Of a stretch of 64,000 nucleotides of DNA, positions 10,338 to 19,316 are shown piece after piece (the stretch's first letter is position 1; every line of letters begins with the position of its first letter). This DNA is from a virus (lineage: Duplodnaviria > Caudoviricetes), in the IMG/VR virus record IMGVR_UViG_2695421015_000002. One strand, written 5' to 3'. Under the pieces are notes generated by a model. The model did no database searches. It was not told the DNA's origin and saw only the letters and a program-made list of their open reading frames with translations. The translations under genes were made by a program, and so were the position numbers.

Positions 10338-10544
10338 TCAGTATTTCAGCGGCGTGTTCTGCTCGATCAGATCGTTGACCAGGAGCACGCAGTTGAAGCC
10401 GGTGGCATCCTTCTCAAGGGCTTCGGCCCACATCGATTTGAACAGAGCGATGTCGTGGGCATCGAGAGGCTTGCGAATGAGCCGGCGAATGTCCCGGAGC
10501 TTGCGCCGGGCGGTGTTGAAGCTGGGATGCATCACCAGATCCAT
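10338..10544 (-). CDS. Phage hypothetical protein
   Basis: GGAGG SD; part of the - strand series. Confidence 0.65.
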   Translation of the reverse strand: MDLVMHPSFNTARRKLRDIRRLIRKPLDAHDIALFKSMWAEALEKDATGFNCVLLVNDLIEQNTPLKY

Positions 10545-10611
10545 GGGTGACCTCCACAGACATAGCCGGCGATGGCGCAGGCCAGCACGAAGCAGGCCTC
10601 GATTGACAGTC

Positions 10612-11031
10612 TCATGGCTTCCTCGTGGTCAGTCCGAAGCCACCGATGGCGATGCGCTTGGAGTAGGAGTTGATCTGGATGGCGCCGCGGGCACGACCGG
10701 AGGAGTCCTCGATCGTGAAGGTCTGGCGCCTGCGGTAGTCGGGGATCTCGCAGTCCCGATCGGTGCGTTCGGGAGCCTTGCGCTTGGCCGGACGTTCGAA
10801 CCTGACCCGCGATTGAGGGGCAGGGGAGTAGATCGACTTGGGCTCGCGATGACGCCCGATCGGATCCGGGTGGAAGTTGAGACTGTCCAGCTCCAGGTCA
10901 CGCTTGAACGCCGCGTAATCGTCGGATGACTGCTGATCCGGCGTAATGGTCTCGACGTGGGTATGCGCCCTGCGGACTTTCTGCTGACGTGCCAGCTCAT
11001 GGGCACGCAGAATGGCTGCGACCTTGCTCAT
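10612..11031 (-). CDS. Phage hypothetical protein
   Basis: GGAG SD; part of the - strand series. Confidence 0.55.
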   Translation of the reverse strand: MSKVAAILRAHELARQQKVRRAHTHVETITPDQQSSDDYAAFKRDLELDSLNFHPDPIGRHREPKSIYSPAPQSRVRFERPAKRKAPERTDRDCEIPDYRRRQTFTIEDSSGRARGAIQINSYSKRIAIGGFGLTTRKP

Positions 11032-11058
11032 CGCGATATCTCCAATGGTGGGTTGGTT

Positions 11059-11418
11059 TCAGGCCGCGTTGCGGACAGGGACGAGCATGGAATCGAGGAC
11101 GTCTTCCCAATCCCAGCCATCGTCGAGCAGCTGATCCACGAAGGCGCACACTTCGATGTCGGTCATGCCGCCGGCATTGCCGTGGATGGCCAAGAGATCG
11201 TCGTTGGTGGCCTCGTCCGGCAGGTGTTCGATCATGTCCCGCAGGTTGTCGCAGATGTTGCGTTCCACGGGGGACAGGCGCAGGCCTGCGTCTTCCTCGA
11301 TCCATCCGGTGTCCCAGAAGGGGCGCATGGCCGGCATGGTGATCGGGTTCATGTTGATGGGCACGCCAGCACGACGGGCACGCGCGCCCATCTCCTCGAC
11401 TTCGAGGTGGGTAAGCAT
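11059..11418 (-). CDS. Acidic phage hypothetical protein
   Basis: GGAG SD; 119 aa ending in AA. Confidence 0.7.
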   Translation of the reverse strand: MLTHLEVEEMGARARRAGVPINMNPITMPAMRPFWDTGWIEEDAGLRLSPVERNICDNLRDMIEHLPDEATNDDLLAIHGNAGGMTDIEVCAFVDQLLDDGWDWEDVLDSMLVPVRNAA

Positions 11419-11600
11419 CGATCGCTCCAGAAATAGGGGGTGGGGGTGGCTGGCCAGAGGCCGAAAATTGCCAAAATGAAAGAGGCAGGCGTGTTCTGAA
11501 ATCGGCGCAAAATATCCCCCGCCCAGTGAAGGGCGAGGGTCGAGCGTGGGTGAGGATCGCCAGCGGTAGAGCCGCCGCTACCGCGCGGGGTAGGAGGGGC

Positions 11601-12344
11601 TTACGCCGCCTCCGCCATTTCCTCCGCCGGAGCAGACTCCGCCCCTAGCATGTCATCGACTTGCGCCGCCGTGCTGGCCTTCTCATGCATCAAGCCTTGC
11701 AGCCGGGCGATTAGCTTAATCAAATCGGTATCGGCGAGCTTTTCAGCGCGGGCAAAAATCGCCTCGATTTCGTCTTTCTGCTTTGGCGCTTTGGCCGGTT
11801 CCGATAGGGCGCTGCAAAGCTTCGCAAAGCTTGCGCCGTATGTTTCCCGGATAAAGGCCTTGAACGCCTCCGCCAAAGCGTCACCGCCCGCACCGGCCGT
11901 TTTCTTGGCCAACAAATCGCGGATGATATCGGCATGATTGACGCACACGTCTTTCATGAGGCGGAATGACCACGTTTTGAGCTTTGCCAGCCCTTCCACG
12001 AGTCGCGCGCCCTTTTCCTTTTTGTCGATGTAGTCAGAAACGGCCGACTCGCGTTCCTTGCCACGCTTGGCAAGCGCTTGGTTCAAGATATCGTCCGAGT
12101 CGCGCCACACGACTCCGCCCCGGTTAGCGTATCGTTTGAGGAAGGCGCGGAATGTGGCCTTGTTGGCCTTGTCCGTAATATCTTCCGAGCCTTCCGCACG
12201 TTCCACTTGACGGGCTGCCATCACAAGGCCAAGCGCTACCGTTGCGGTAAACGCGGCCGAGTCATCGTCCTTGACCGCCTTGATTGCTTCCGCAATGGCG
12301 ATTTCGCCAAGCGTCTTATTGGGAACCGTATTCGACATTTGCAT
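11601..12344 (-). CDS. Helical phage hypothetical protein, first gene of the leftward operon
   Basis: 247-aa Ala/Lys-rich ORF with AAGG SD, ending EAA. Confidence 0.75.
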   Translation of the reverse strand: MQMSNTVPNKTLGEIAIAEAIKAVKDDDSAAFTATVALGLVMAARQVERAEGSEDITDKANKATFRAFLKRYANRGGVVWRDSDDILNQALAKRGKERESAVSDYIDKKEKGARLVEGLAKLKTWSFRLMKDVCVNHADIIRDLLAKKTAGAGGDALAEAFKAFIRETYGASFAKLCSALSEPAKAPKQKDEIEAIFARAEKLADTDLIKLIARLQGLMHEKASTAAQVDDMLGAESAPAEEMAEAA

Positions 12345-12848
12345 TTTACCTTTCGTCGTTTTTCCGTAGGGGCGGAGAAAATTCCGGTTTTAGACATGGC
12401 TCTCCCGTTCTCTGAAACCGCTTGGTTTCTGAGTTCCACGCGACAAGAGTCGCCTCATGAGAGTCCGGGAAATGTCTAGTCCGAAAACGCTCCGTTTGCT
12501 TTCACACAAATCACCCTAAAGGACCGCGAACCGGAATGCAAACGGAAAAATGCAAATCGGTATTAGACTTTGGTCTAACGGAAAATCCGAAAAGGGTTTC
12601 CCGTGGTCCTTTTCGGAATACCAGAATTTTTTATGGGAACAGGGGGTATGGGTGGGGCGTCCCCCTCATACTTCGAATCACCAAAAGGCCATTTACCACC
12701 CGCCTCAAGCAACCCAGCCAAATGCCTGATCTGGCTGGCAGAAACGGGGCTGGCGTAGCCCGGCGGCCCGCGCCTGGACCAAACCTGCCTGGCCGCATGA
12801 CGGCCCTCTTGGGCTTCCCTGGCCGTCCGTGAACACGCCACCCCAGAT

Positions 12849-12980
12849 AAAAAAGAACCCCCTTTTCGGGGGGCCAAGTCGACGAAAGTTGCCTGTGAAA
12901 GCGGAGCCCAATTAGCACAGTCCGCCCGAAAATGCAAATAGTTGGGCAAAAAAGAACCCCCCTGATTGGGGGTCCAAGTC
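12849..12980 (-). terminator. Two tandem near-identical rho-independent terminators (12849-12880 and 12948-12980)
   Basis: Direct repeat AAAAAAGAACCCCC...GGGG(G/T)CCAAGTC; on the - strand each is a GC hairpin followed by TTCTTTTTT. Confidence 0.65.
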
Positions 12981-13025
12981 TAAGCAAGGTTCAGTCGGTT
13001 GACCAACGGATGCGCCTGGAATGCG

Positions 13026-13096
13026 GTGTCTGCTTTCGCCAACTGCGGACGTGCCGTCGCACACGTCCGGGGGAGCTATGTGCCAGAAGCTGACAT
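13026..13096. repeat. Palindromic intergenic element R3 (central + right unit)
   Basis: GTGTCTGCTTTCGCCAACTGCGGACGT ... GGAGCTATGTGCCAGAAGCTGACAT. Confidence 0.75.
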
Positions 13097-13203
13097 CACT
13101 TGATCAGCTCGTCGGGGCGAATGAGCAACGACGGCGGCATGGCGAGACCGAGCGCCTTGGCCGTCCTCATGTTGATGATAAGTACGAACTTGATTGGCCT
13201 CTG
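13096..13203 (-). pseudogene. C-terminal 35-codon remnant of an ABC_sub_bind paralog
   Basis: Translates QRPIKFVLIINMRTAKALGLAMPPSLLIRPDELIK*, matching the tail of 7289..8263 ([35 protein letters not shown]). Confidence 0.85.
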
Positions 13204-13323
13204 TGACGGACTCTCTACCCATTCTTGGAGGAATTTGCGGGGCTCAACCATTAGCGCCAACCCGTTGTTGCTCACCGCATTGTTCGTCTTCAGTTGAAAG
13301 AACCCAAAGCGTTCGGATAGGGC

Positions 13324-14948
13324 TTAAAATATTGTGAGTGCCAAGACTGGATTACTCCCATCATAGCGAAGTTCTCCGCCACCAAGATTTCTTCCGTCTC
13401 GACTGAACCAGACTCGCTGTCCAAAACCGCCAGCTTGCGAAAACGCTGTCAGTATTCCGCCACCAAAAGTGCACATTGCAAGAACTGGTGATGTACCATC
13501 ATAGGCCAGTTCCCCACCACCAAGATTTCTTCCGTCTCGACTGAACCAGACTCGCTGTCCAAAACCGCCAGCTTGCGAAAACGCTGTCAGTATTCCGCCG
13601 CCATAACCGCACATCACATGAACCGGAGATGTTCCTTCGTAGCGAAGTTCCCCGCCACCAAGATTTCTTCCGTCTCGACTGAACCAGACCCGGTGCCCAG
13701 CACCACCAGCTTGCGAAAACGCCGTTAGCATTCCGCCATCATAAGCGCACATGGCTTGAACCGGAGATGTTCCTTCGTAGCGAAGTTCCCCGCCACCAAG
13801 ATTTCTTCCGTCTCGACTAAACCAGACCCGGTGTCCAGCACCGCCAGCTTGCGAAAACGCCGTTAGCACTCCGCCATCGTAAGCAACCATTGCTCGCACA
13901 GGAGAGGTGCCATTGTAGCGCATCTCTCCAATTCCGAGACCTTCTCCATCTGGGCTGAAGTGAATGGCGTGACCATAACCACCGGTATTCGAAAACGCTG
14001 TCAAAACTCCGTTGGCGTATGGTAGCATTGCTGCTACGGGAGAACTACCCTTGTACAGAGGCCGACCGGACCCGAGCATCAATCCATCTTGACTCCAGTG
14101 CACTACATTGGAGAATCCTGTAAGTACGCTACCTCGCGTTACTGGTGAATAAAGCCGGCTAATCGCTGTAATGTCATCGGTAGTCAACGCACGCGAACCC
14201 ACGTCCTCGTCGTATGTTGCAAACATTACTGAACCCTGGACCGCGGAATGAGCCAAGCCTAAGGCGTGCCCGATTTCGTGCGTTGCGATGCTCTGAATAT
14301 CAATCTGGTTAACTGCGATATTCAGCGCCCAAGGTTCTTCATTATCGAAATGTACATCACCCGCAAATGCTCCAGGTGGCGGGTAAAACGCATGAGCGAG
14401 CACAGGGCCCTGTGGTCCATCAAATGGTGATCCATCACCGTGGTCGCGAACTACAAACCTAACATTTATGTCGTGAGGTTGGGTATCAGCAACTTCGCGG
14501 AAAGTAAGGGGGGCACCACGGCGGCGGCCCAAGCCCCGAACGCTGCCACAAGCGCAGCTCGCGCTTGCGCGTCGGTGATCGCTCCACCAGGGAACTGGCT
14601 AATAGCGAATGTTAGGTTGGTTCTTTCCCATCTAGGCCCGGCCAGTACGTACCTAGAATGGAAGTCGGGATCGGGCACTCCACATCGCGGCATATTTAAG
14701 AGCGCGGCGGTCCCAGCATCGGTTTCGCCTGTTTCCGCGAGACGGTGGCGCTTCTGAAATTTGCGGAGAGCGCGCTCCGTCTCGTCAGAGAAGTCGTTAG
14801 TTACCACTGCAGTGCTTGAATGCAGATCGACTCCGTCAGGACTTGTCGGTGAAGCGTATCCAAACCTGGAGAGGTATCGGTTCAATAGCTCAACGTCTGC
14901 GCTTTTATCGCCCTTGCGTAAACCTACCGGGATTAGCTCTCGTGCCAT
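13324..14948 (-). pseudogene. M10/matrixin metalloprotease with PG-binding domain and C-terminal 46-aa repeats, split by a frameshift at a C6 tract
   Basis: Upstream ORF has ALRKFQ...L.ETG (PG-binding) and the PRCGVPD cysteine switch; downstream ORF has HEIGHALGLAH and the Met-turn SVM; frames switch at G6 14508-14513. Confidence 0.88.
13340..13920 (-). repeat. Tandem 138-bp (46-aa) coding repeats, probably beta-propeller blades
   Basis: ACCAAGATTTCTTCCGTCTCGACT recurs at 13381, 13519, 13657 and 13795; more diverged copies extend to about 14130. Confidence 0.9.
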
Positions 14949-15395
14949 GGTACTGCTCCGCTACTCATGATGCGAGACGGACGTAAGGGTATTGCGGCGG
15001 GTGCCAGCTAAGCGCTCTCGACGGACGGTCGTTAATTGTTTTTCTGGAGAGAAGGTGCCTGATCTGCAAAACGTTGGGAGCGCTCTTTGGCGGAACAATG
15101 CGTGGCGCCCACCGGGGTTTGGATTGCAACGCATCATTGTTGATGACGCAGCCAAACTTCGGATCGGGAGCTGGAAGCTGCCGCCTATTGTCGCGGTGGC
15201 GCTGGGTAATCCCAAAACGCCTGTGACCTGATGAGCTGAGGCCGAGAGACAACCTAGTGTGAAGAAAAGCTGCTGTGGCCGCAAGTACGTTCGGTTTCAC
15301 TCGACCCTCCGCTTGCCATAGCGATGGGTATCGGCCGTGAGTAGAACTTTCCTTTGACCTAGATCAAGGGTGATAGCAAATGCATCGTCTCCGGG

Positions 15396-15468
15396 ATGCC
15401 CGCTAATGGGTCAAACCCGGACTTCCGCCTTTGGGGGCCGCACGTCCGCTTCCGCCGAGTGCAGACAT
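15396..15468. repeat. Palindromic intergenic element R4 (left + central unit)
   Basis: ATGCCCGCTAATGGGTCAAACCCGGACTT-17nt-ACGTCCGCTTCCGCCGAGTGCAGACAT. Confidence 0.75.
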
Positions 15469-15883
15469 TGGTCCGCGAGGGCAGTCCGTTGGTCAAGCTG
15501 CGCAATTCTGCTTAGGGAGGAAAAGGTGACGGCCCGGCCATGGCCTGGGGGCTGGTCGGCTTCACCAAGCCGTCCCTTGTCGAGCGGCGCCACATGGCCA
15601 CCGCCCTGTCGACACCCGCCATTCGCTTTTGTTTCCGTGTAATCCAGGACAAATTTGCCGCAAAAGAGGTGCAAAGCGTATGCCAATGGGCCCCTGCGAA
15701 TTGCGTATGGCCGGCGAGCGCTTCGCGCTTATCTAATCAAGGGGCGGCGGCGTTGACCCGGCATCACGATGAGGGCGTCAATGACCTGTCCCCGCTGCGA
15801 GGTAGAGACGAAACCTGTCGAGCGACTGAGCGACGGCAGGCTGGTCTACCGCTGCCGACTCTGCCGCCACCTGGTCTGGAAGA

Positions 15884-16480
15884 TCAGAACTGATCCAGGA
15901 CGCGACTATAGGCAGGGTGCGAGCGGTTCTTGACCTTCACCCAGTCGCATGTGCGGGGCCGGTATAGCCGCTCGCGGCGCTTGGAGACCAAACCCTCGAG
16001 ACCCATACGGCAGGCCGCCTCGAACAGCTCAGGCCCGATCTCGCCCTGCTCGAAGGGTGCAACGAAGATGCCATCAGGCCGGCCGCGCAGGAGCTGCTCC
16101 AGGTTCGTCTTGCGCAGGTGCAGCGGCAGACCCCGCAGGTCGTCGCCGTTATACGCCAGCAGGTCGAATGAGTATAACTGGACCTCGTGGTCGTGCTTGC
16201 GGCTGTGGAGTGCGTTGAAGTCCGAGATCCCGTCGACGCCGAGCACGACGGCTTCGCCGTCGATGATGAACTGGCTCTTGCGGATCTTCAGCGCCGTCTC
16301 GACGATCCAGGGATAGCGCTTGGTGAGATCGTTACCGCCCTTCGAGAGCAGCCGGACCTTGCTGCCGTCGCGCTCCAGGCGCAACCGGTAGCCGTCGTAT
16401 TTCACCTCGTGGATCCAGTCTGGGCCGGCCGGAACAGCCTTCTTGACCGTGGGGATGCAAAACTCAATGTGCTTGGTCAT
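15884..16480 (-). CDS. ATP-dependent DNA ligase adenylation domain (LigD-like, no OB domain)
   Basis: HEVKYDGYR, IDGEAV, FDLL, EGLVSKR and WVKVK ligase motifs. Confidence 0.9.
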   Translation of the reverse strand: MTKHIEFCIPTVKKAVPAGPDWIHEVKYDGYRLRLERDGSKVRLLSKGGNDLTKRYPWIVETALKIRKSQFIIDGEAVVLGVDGISDFNALHSRKHDHEVQLYSFDLLAYNGDDLRGLPLHLRKTNLEQLLRGRPDGIFVAPFEQGEIGPELFEAACRMGLEGLVSKRRERLYRPRTCDWVKVKNRSHPAYSRVLDQF

Positions 16481-16510
16481 GTCCGGTATTTATGCAGAGT
16501 CCGGCAGCGA

Positions 16511-16783
16511 TCAATGCCGCTTCTTGGCGTCCGTCATGCGCGCCAACTCTTTCTCGACTTCCTCGATGTCATGCTCCACATCGATGACCGGATCGAAGTC
16601 TCGTACCTCCTCAACCTTAAAATCCGGAGGCATGTCCGGTACCTTCTCCGCATCGTTATTGCATGCCGGGCAGGGCTCGCCCGGTGCTCCACAGGTGCAG
16701 GCGCGGTCGCCAAATTCCCAGGGAAGATCGGGATGGGCCTCACAGACCCAGCGAGCGCCGTCGCACCGCAGGCAGAACTTCAT
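16511..16783 (-). CDS. Small Cys-rich (Zn-binding) hypothetical protein
   Basis: CLRC, WVCEAHP, CTCG and CPAC motifs. Confidence 0.7.
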   Translation of the reverse strand: MKFCLRCDGARWVCEAHPDLPWEFGDRACTCGAPGEPCPACNNDAEKVPDMPPDFKVEEVRDFDPVIDVEHDIEEVEKELARMTDAKKRH

Positions 16784-17133
16784 CGTTCCAGGCCGAGGAG
16801 CGGCAGCGGGAGTTGCACGCCGATCTTGCGCCCGAGATGGCTCTCGATGAAGTCCTGGATCGTCTCGGAAATCTCCAGACCCTCGCCGCCGACCCGTCGC
16901 TCCAGCTCGCGGGCGACATCCTCTGAGGCGTCCCGCGACCATCCTTCAGCCGCATTGAATGCAACCACCCGCAGCGGCTGCTCATACTGGCCCGTGAGCA
17001 GGTCGGTGATCAGCGTCGAATAGTCGATGCCCTCGTCGGTCTCGCGAAAGGCCGCGCCGCTCCTGAAGTCCTCAAGGACCAGGTAGAAGTCCTTGTCGAG
17101 CCGGTCGTTCGGGATGATTGAGGGGTACGCCAT
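16780..17133 (-). CDS. Hypothetical protein
   Basis: YLVLEDF...GQYEQPLRVVAFNAAEGWSRDASED; coupled to the next gene. Confidence 0.75.
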   Translation of the reverse strand: MAYPSIIPNDRLDKDFYLVLEDFRSGAAFRETDEGIDYSTLITDLLTGQYEQPLRVVAFNAAEGWSRDASEDVARELERRVGGEGLEISETIQDFIESHLGRKIGVQLPLPLLGLER

Positions 17134-17188
17134 ACGCGGAACTCCACTGCCCGAGTCCAAGATAGGCAAGCGTCGGCTTAAATGCGAA

Positions 17189-17368
17189 TCAGTCGCTGTG
17201 CTTAATGTCCGTGATTTTTCGATCGATGCACCAGACCTCGATGTCCTGCCCGTCTTTCAGTCGGAGCCGTGCCTTCTCGACCGCCTGATCGTCATCATCG
17301 GCCGCAATGTTAAAGCAACTGGTGGCATGGCCATCCTTGTCGACGTGGTAGGCGTAGTAGAATGGCAT
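17189..17368 (-). CDS. Small hypothetical protein
   Basis: Y.AY.VDKDGH...AADDDDQA...IEVW pattern. Confidence 0.6.
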   Translation of the reverse strand: MPFYYAYHVDKDGHATSCFNIAADDDDQAVEKARLRLKDGQDIEVWCIDRKITDIKHSD

Positions 17369-17415
17369 GCTCGTGTTCCCCTGATGGGAACCAATAACAA
17401 AAATCGTCTTGGGTG

Positions 17416-17856
17416 TTAAGCGCCGATGCCGCGGTGCGCCGCCTGGATGTGCTTCGAGATCGAGGCGTTGGTGATCTCCGCACCGCAAAAACACCGCGAC
17501 CGGCCATCGGTGCGCTGGGTCGGCATCTGCATCTTCTCGTCCCACATTCGGTACTTCCAGGCCGTCCAGTCGCGCTGGTAGCGCCACAGCTCGAAATGCG
17601 CCTCGGTCTTGGCCCGCTCGATCTTCTTCCAGGCCTCCTCGAACTCAGCTCGCGCCTGCTCGAAGGTTGCTGCGGTTCCATGCGTCTGTTCGCTGATATC
17701 GCAGCCAGGGGTGAAGCCGCAGGACCAGCCCCACTGGTCCTCGTCGACCGGAACACCGGCTCGCATACCGATGTGTCCAACCCGGACATCGCCGTAATAG
17801 ACGTTCCAGCCCTTACGATTCCGGTCGTTGTCAGGTCTGCGGGTGAGGGCGGTCAC
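17416..17856 (-). CDS. Hypothetical protein
   Basis: Trp-rich 146-aa ORF with C-terminal CFCG...H...H. Confidence 0.7.
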   Translation of the reverse strand: MTALTRRPDNDRNRKGWNVYYGDVRVGHIGMRAGVPVDEDQWGWSCGFTPGCDISEQTHGTAATFEQARAEFEEAWKKIERAKTEAHFELWRYQRDWTAWKYRMWDEKMQMPTQRTDGRSRCFCGAEITNASISKHIQAAHRGIGA

Positions 17857-17944
17857 GTCAGAAAAAGTACCACAAATTTCTGACAGACGGGAGGGCGCTT
17901 CGCGCCCAGAATCCCCACGTAACGGGGCGGGCCGGCGAGGGGGT

Positions 17945-18057
17945 ATGTCAGCGTGGACGACATGGGGGGTATGTCAAGCTGGACGACATAGGATGTCAAA
18001 GAGGCCGACATACGTATGTCAAGCTGGCCGACATACCTATGTCAAACAGGCCGACAT
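17945..18057. repeat. Array of five 19-bp palindromic units ATGTC-N9-GACAT (iteron/operator-like)
   Basis: Units start at 17945, 17971, 17993, 18016 and 18039, followed by an AT-rich tract with AACCC repeats. Confidence 0.85.
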
Positions 18058-18183
18058 GAAGAACCGTATATATCTAGAACCCAAACTATAACCCATACCC
18101 AGAACCCAAGAGTCTACCCCTCGCTGCCGCGGCGGGTGTCCGGCCGTCTCGGTTCCCGAATTTTGCATTCCATTTGCCTGGGC

Positions 18184-18237
18184 TTGACGAAATGCCGGGG
18201 TCAGTGTACAGGATGGGTAGATTAGCATTCGTGCAAA
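18184..18237 (+). promoter_or_regulatory. Putative sigma70 promoter (TTGACG-N17-TACAGG) with a downstream TTAGCATTCGTGCAAA box
   Basis: Good -35, weak -10; lies at the start of the + strand phage arm. Confidence 0.45.
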
Positions 18238-18329
18238 TGCAAAGATCATCCGTTCGCCCCAACCCTGGAACAGCCGGGTCCAACCCAGCTGAGCCAGGGG
18301 AGGCGGCCTACCCACCCGGAGCAAACCCC

Positions 18330-18704
18330 ATGATGGACGACCTGATGTTCGCTGTGGTGCTCGCGGGCAGAACCTTGAAGGTTCTCACGATGATCTTCGG
18401 CGGCATGGGCGTCATGGTCGGCTTCCTCTTGCTCTGGCGAGCGGGTGCCATCGTGGCAGAAAAATGTCTCGGGCGCTTCGCGCCAGAAGAGAACACTTCC
18501 GAGCCGGCGGCGCCGCAGACCTTCATGGGCTCCACCTCTCAGGTGACAGTTCACGATTGGCAGCGCTGGTTCGCTTTGATCCCAGTCAAGATCGACGGCC
18601 GGCGCAAATGGCTGCGCTTCGTTGAGCGGAGGCTGTTCCACACCTACGACTACCTTTGGCGCTGCGACGATCACTTCTGGCAGTACCGCGCCATCGTGAA
18701 ATGA
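18330..18704 (+). CDS. Phage membrane hypothetical protein
   Basis: GGAG SD; one TM; C-terminal W..WFAL.PV...WL..VERR motif. Confidence 0.65.
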   Translation: MMDDLMFAVVLAGRTLKVLTMIFGGMGVMVGFLLLWRAGAIVAEKCLGRFAPEENTSEPAAPQTFMGSTSQVTVHDWQRWFALIPVKIDGRRKWLRFVERRLFHTYDYLWRCDDHFWQYRAIVK

Positions 18705-18776
18705 GATCGATTTACCCAGAGCCCGGCCTCACTCTTGAACGGGGGAGCCGGGTCACCCTTTCAAGCAATCGGAGTC

Positions 18777-19046
18777 ATGGGCGTGGCAGACGAGAAGCTT
18801 GTTGACCTCGCCGTCGAGGTCTTCAACGACGAACTGGATCACTGGCAAAGGATCGGGGCCCCTTATCCAGGCCAGATGTATCTGCGCCGGATGCCGCTGC
18901 TCCACGAGATCGGTCCGGCCGATTACATCCCGGCGGAAGACACTGGCGAGATGCACTTGGTGCCGGACGTTTTCGTCCTCGACTTCCTCAAGTCGAAGGC
19001 TATGGCGCGCGTGATCGACGAGATCCAGAAGGCGATAGCGGCATGA
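18777..19046 (+). CDS. Phage hypothetical protein
   Basis: GGAG SD; operon position. Confidence 0.65.
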   Translation: MGVADEKLVDLAVEVFNDELDHWQRIGAPYPGQMYLRRMPLLHEIGPADYIPAEDTGEMHLVPDVFVLDFLKSKAMARVIDEIQKAIAA

Positions 19047-19055
19047 TCGGGATGC

Positions 19056-19313
19056 ATGACCAGGCCTGACCCGATCTCGACATCGCCGCTCGCCAAGCAA
19101 GCCTTCGACATCATCCAGCATCTCGACAAGCTCGTCGGGCCCGCCGAGGCCCAGATGTGGATGCTGCGCGGCAACGAGCTGCTCGGCGGCGACAACCCTG
19201 TCGCTGCCATCAAGGATCGCCGGCTGCCTGACGTGCGCAAGGCCGTTCGCGCAGTCGCCATGGAAAAGGGGCTCTTCGCAGAGCCGTTCCTTCCGCCAAG
19301 CCAAAGGAAATAG
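19056..19313 (+). CDS. Xre/MbcA/ParS antitoxin C-terminal (DUF2384-like) domain protein
   Basis: A..WM...N..LGG..P...I......V pattern (EAQMWMLRGNELLGGDNPVAAIKD). Confidence 0.65.
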   Translation: MTRPDPISTSPLAKQAFDIIQHLDKLVGPAEAQMWMLRGNELLGGDNPVAAIKDRRLPDVRKAVRAVAMEKGLFAEPFLPPSQRK

Positions 19314-19316
19314 CTC

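Noticed and set aside
13340-13920. CRISPR or DGR template/variable repeats
   Set aside because: In-frame 138-bp coding repeats; no reverse transcriptase and no obvious adenine-specific variation.
17945-18057. CRISPR array
   Set aside because: Units nearly abut (3-7 nt gaps), there are no unique spacers and no cas genes.
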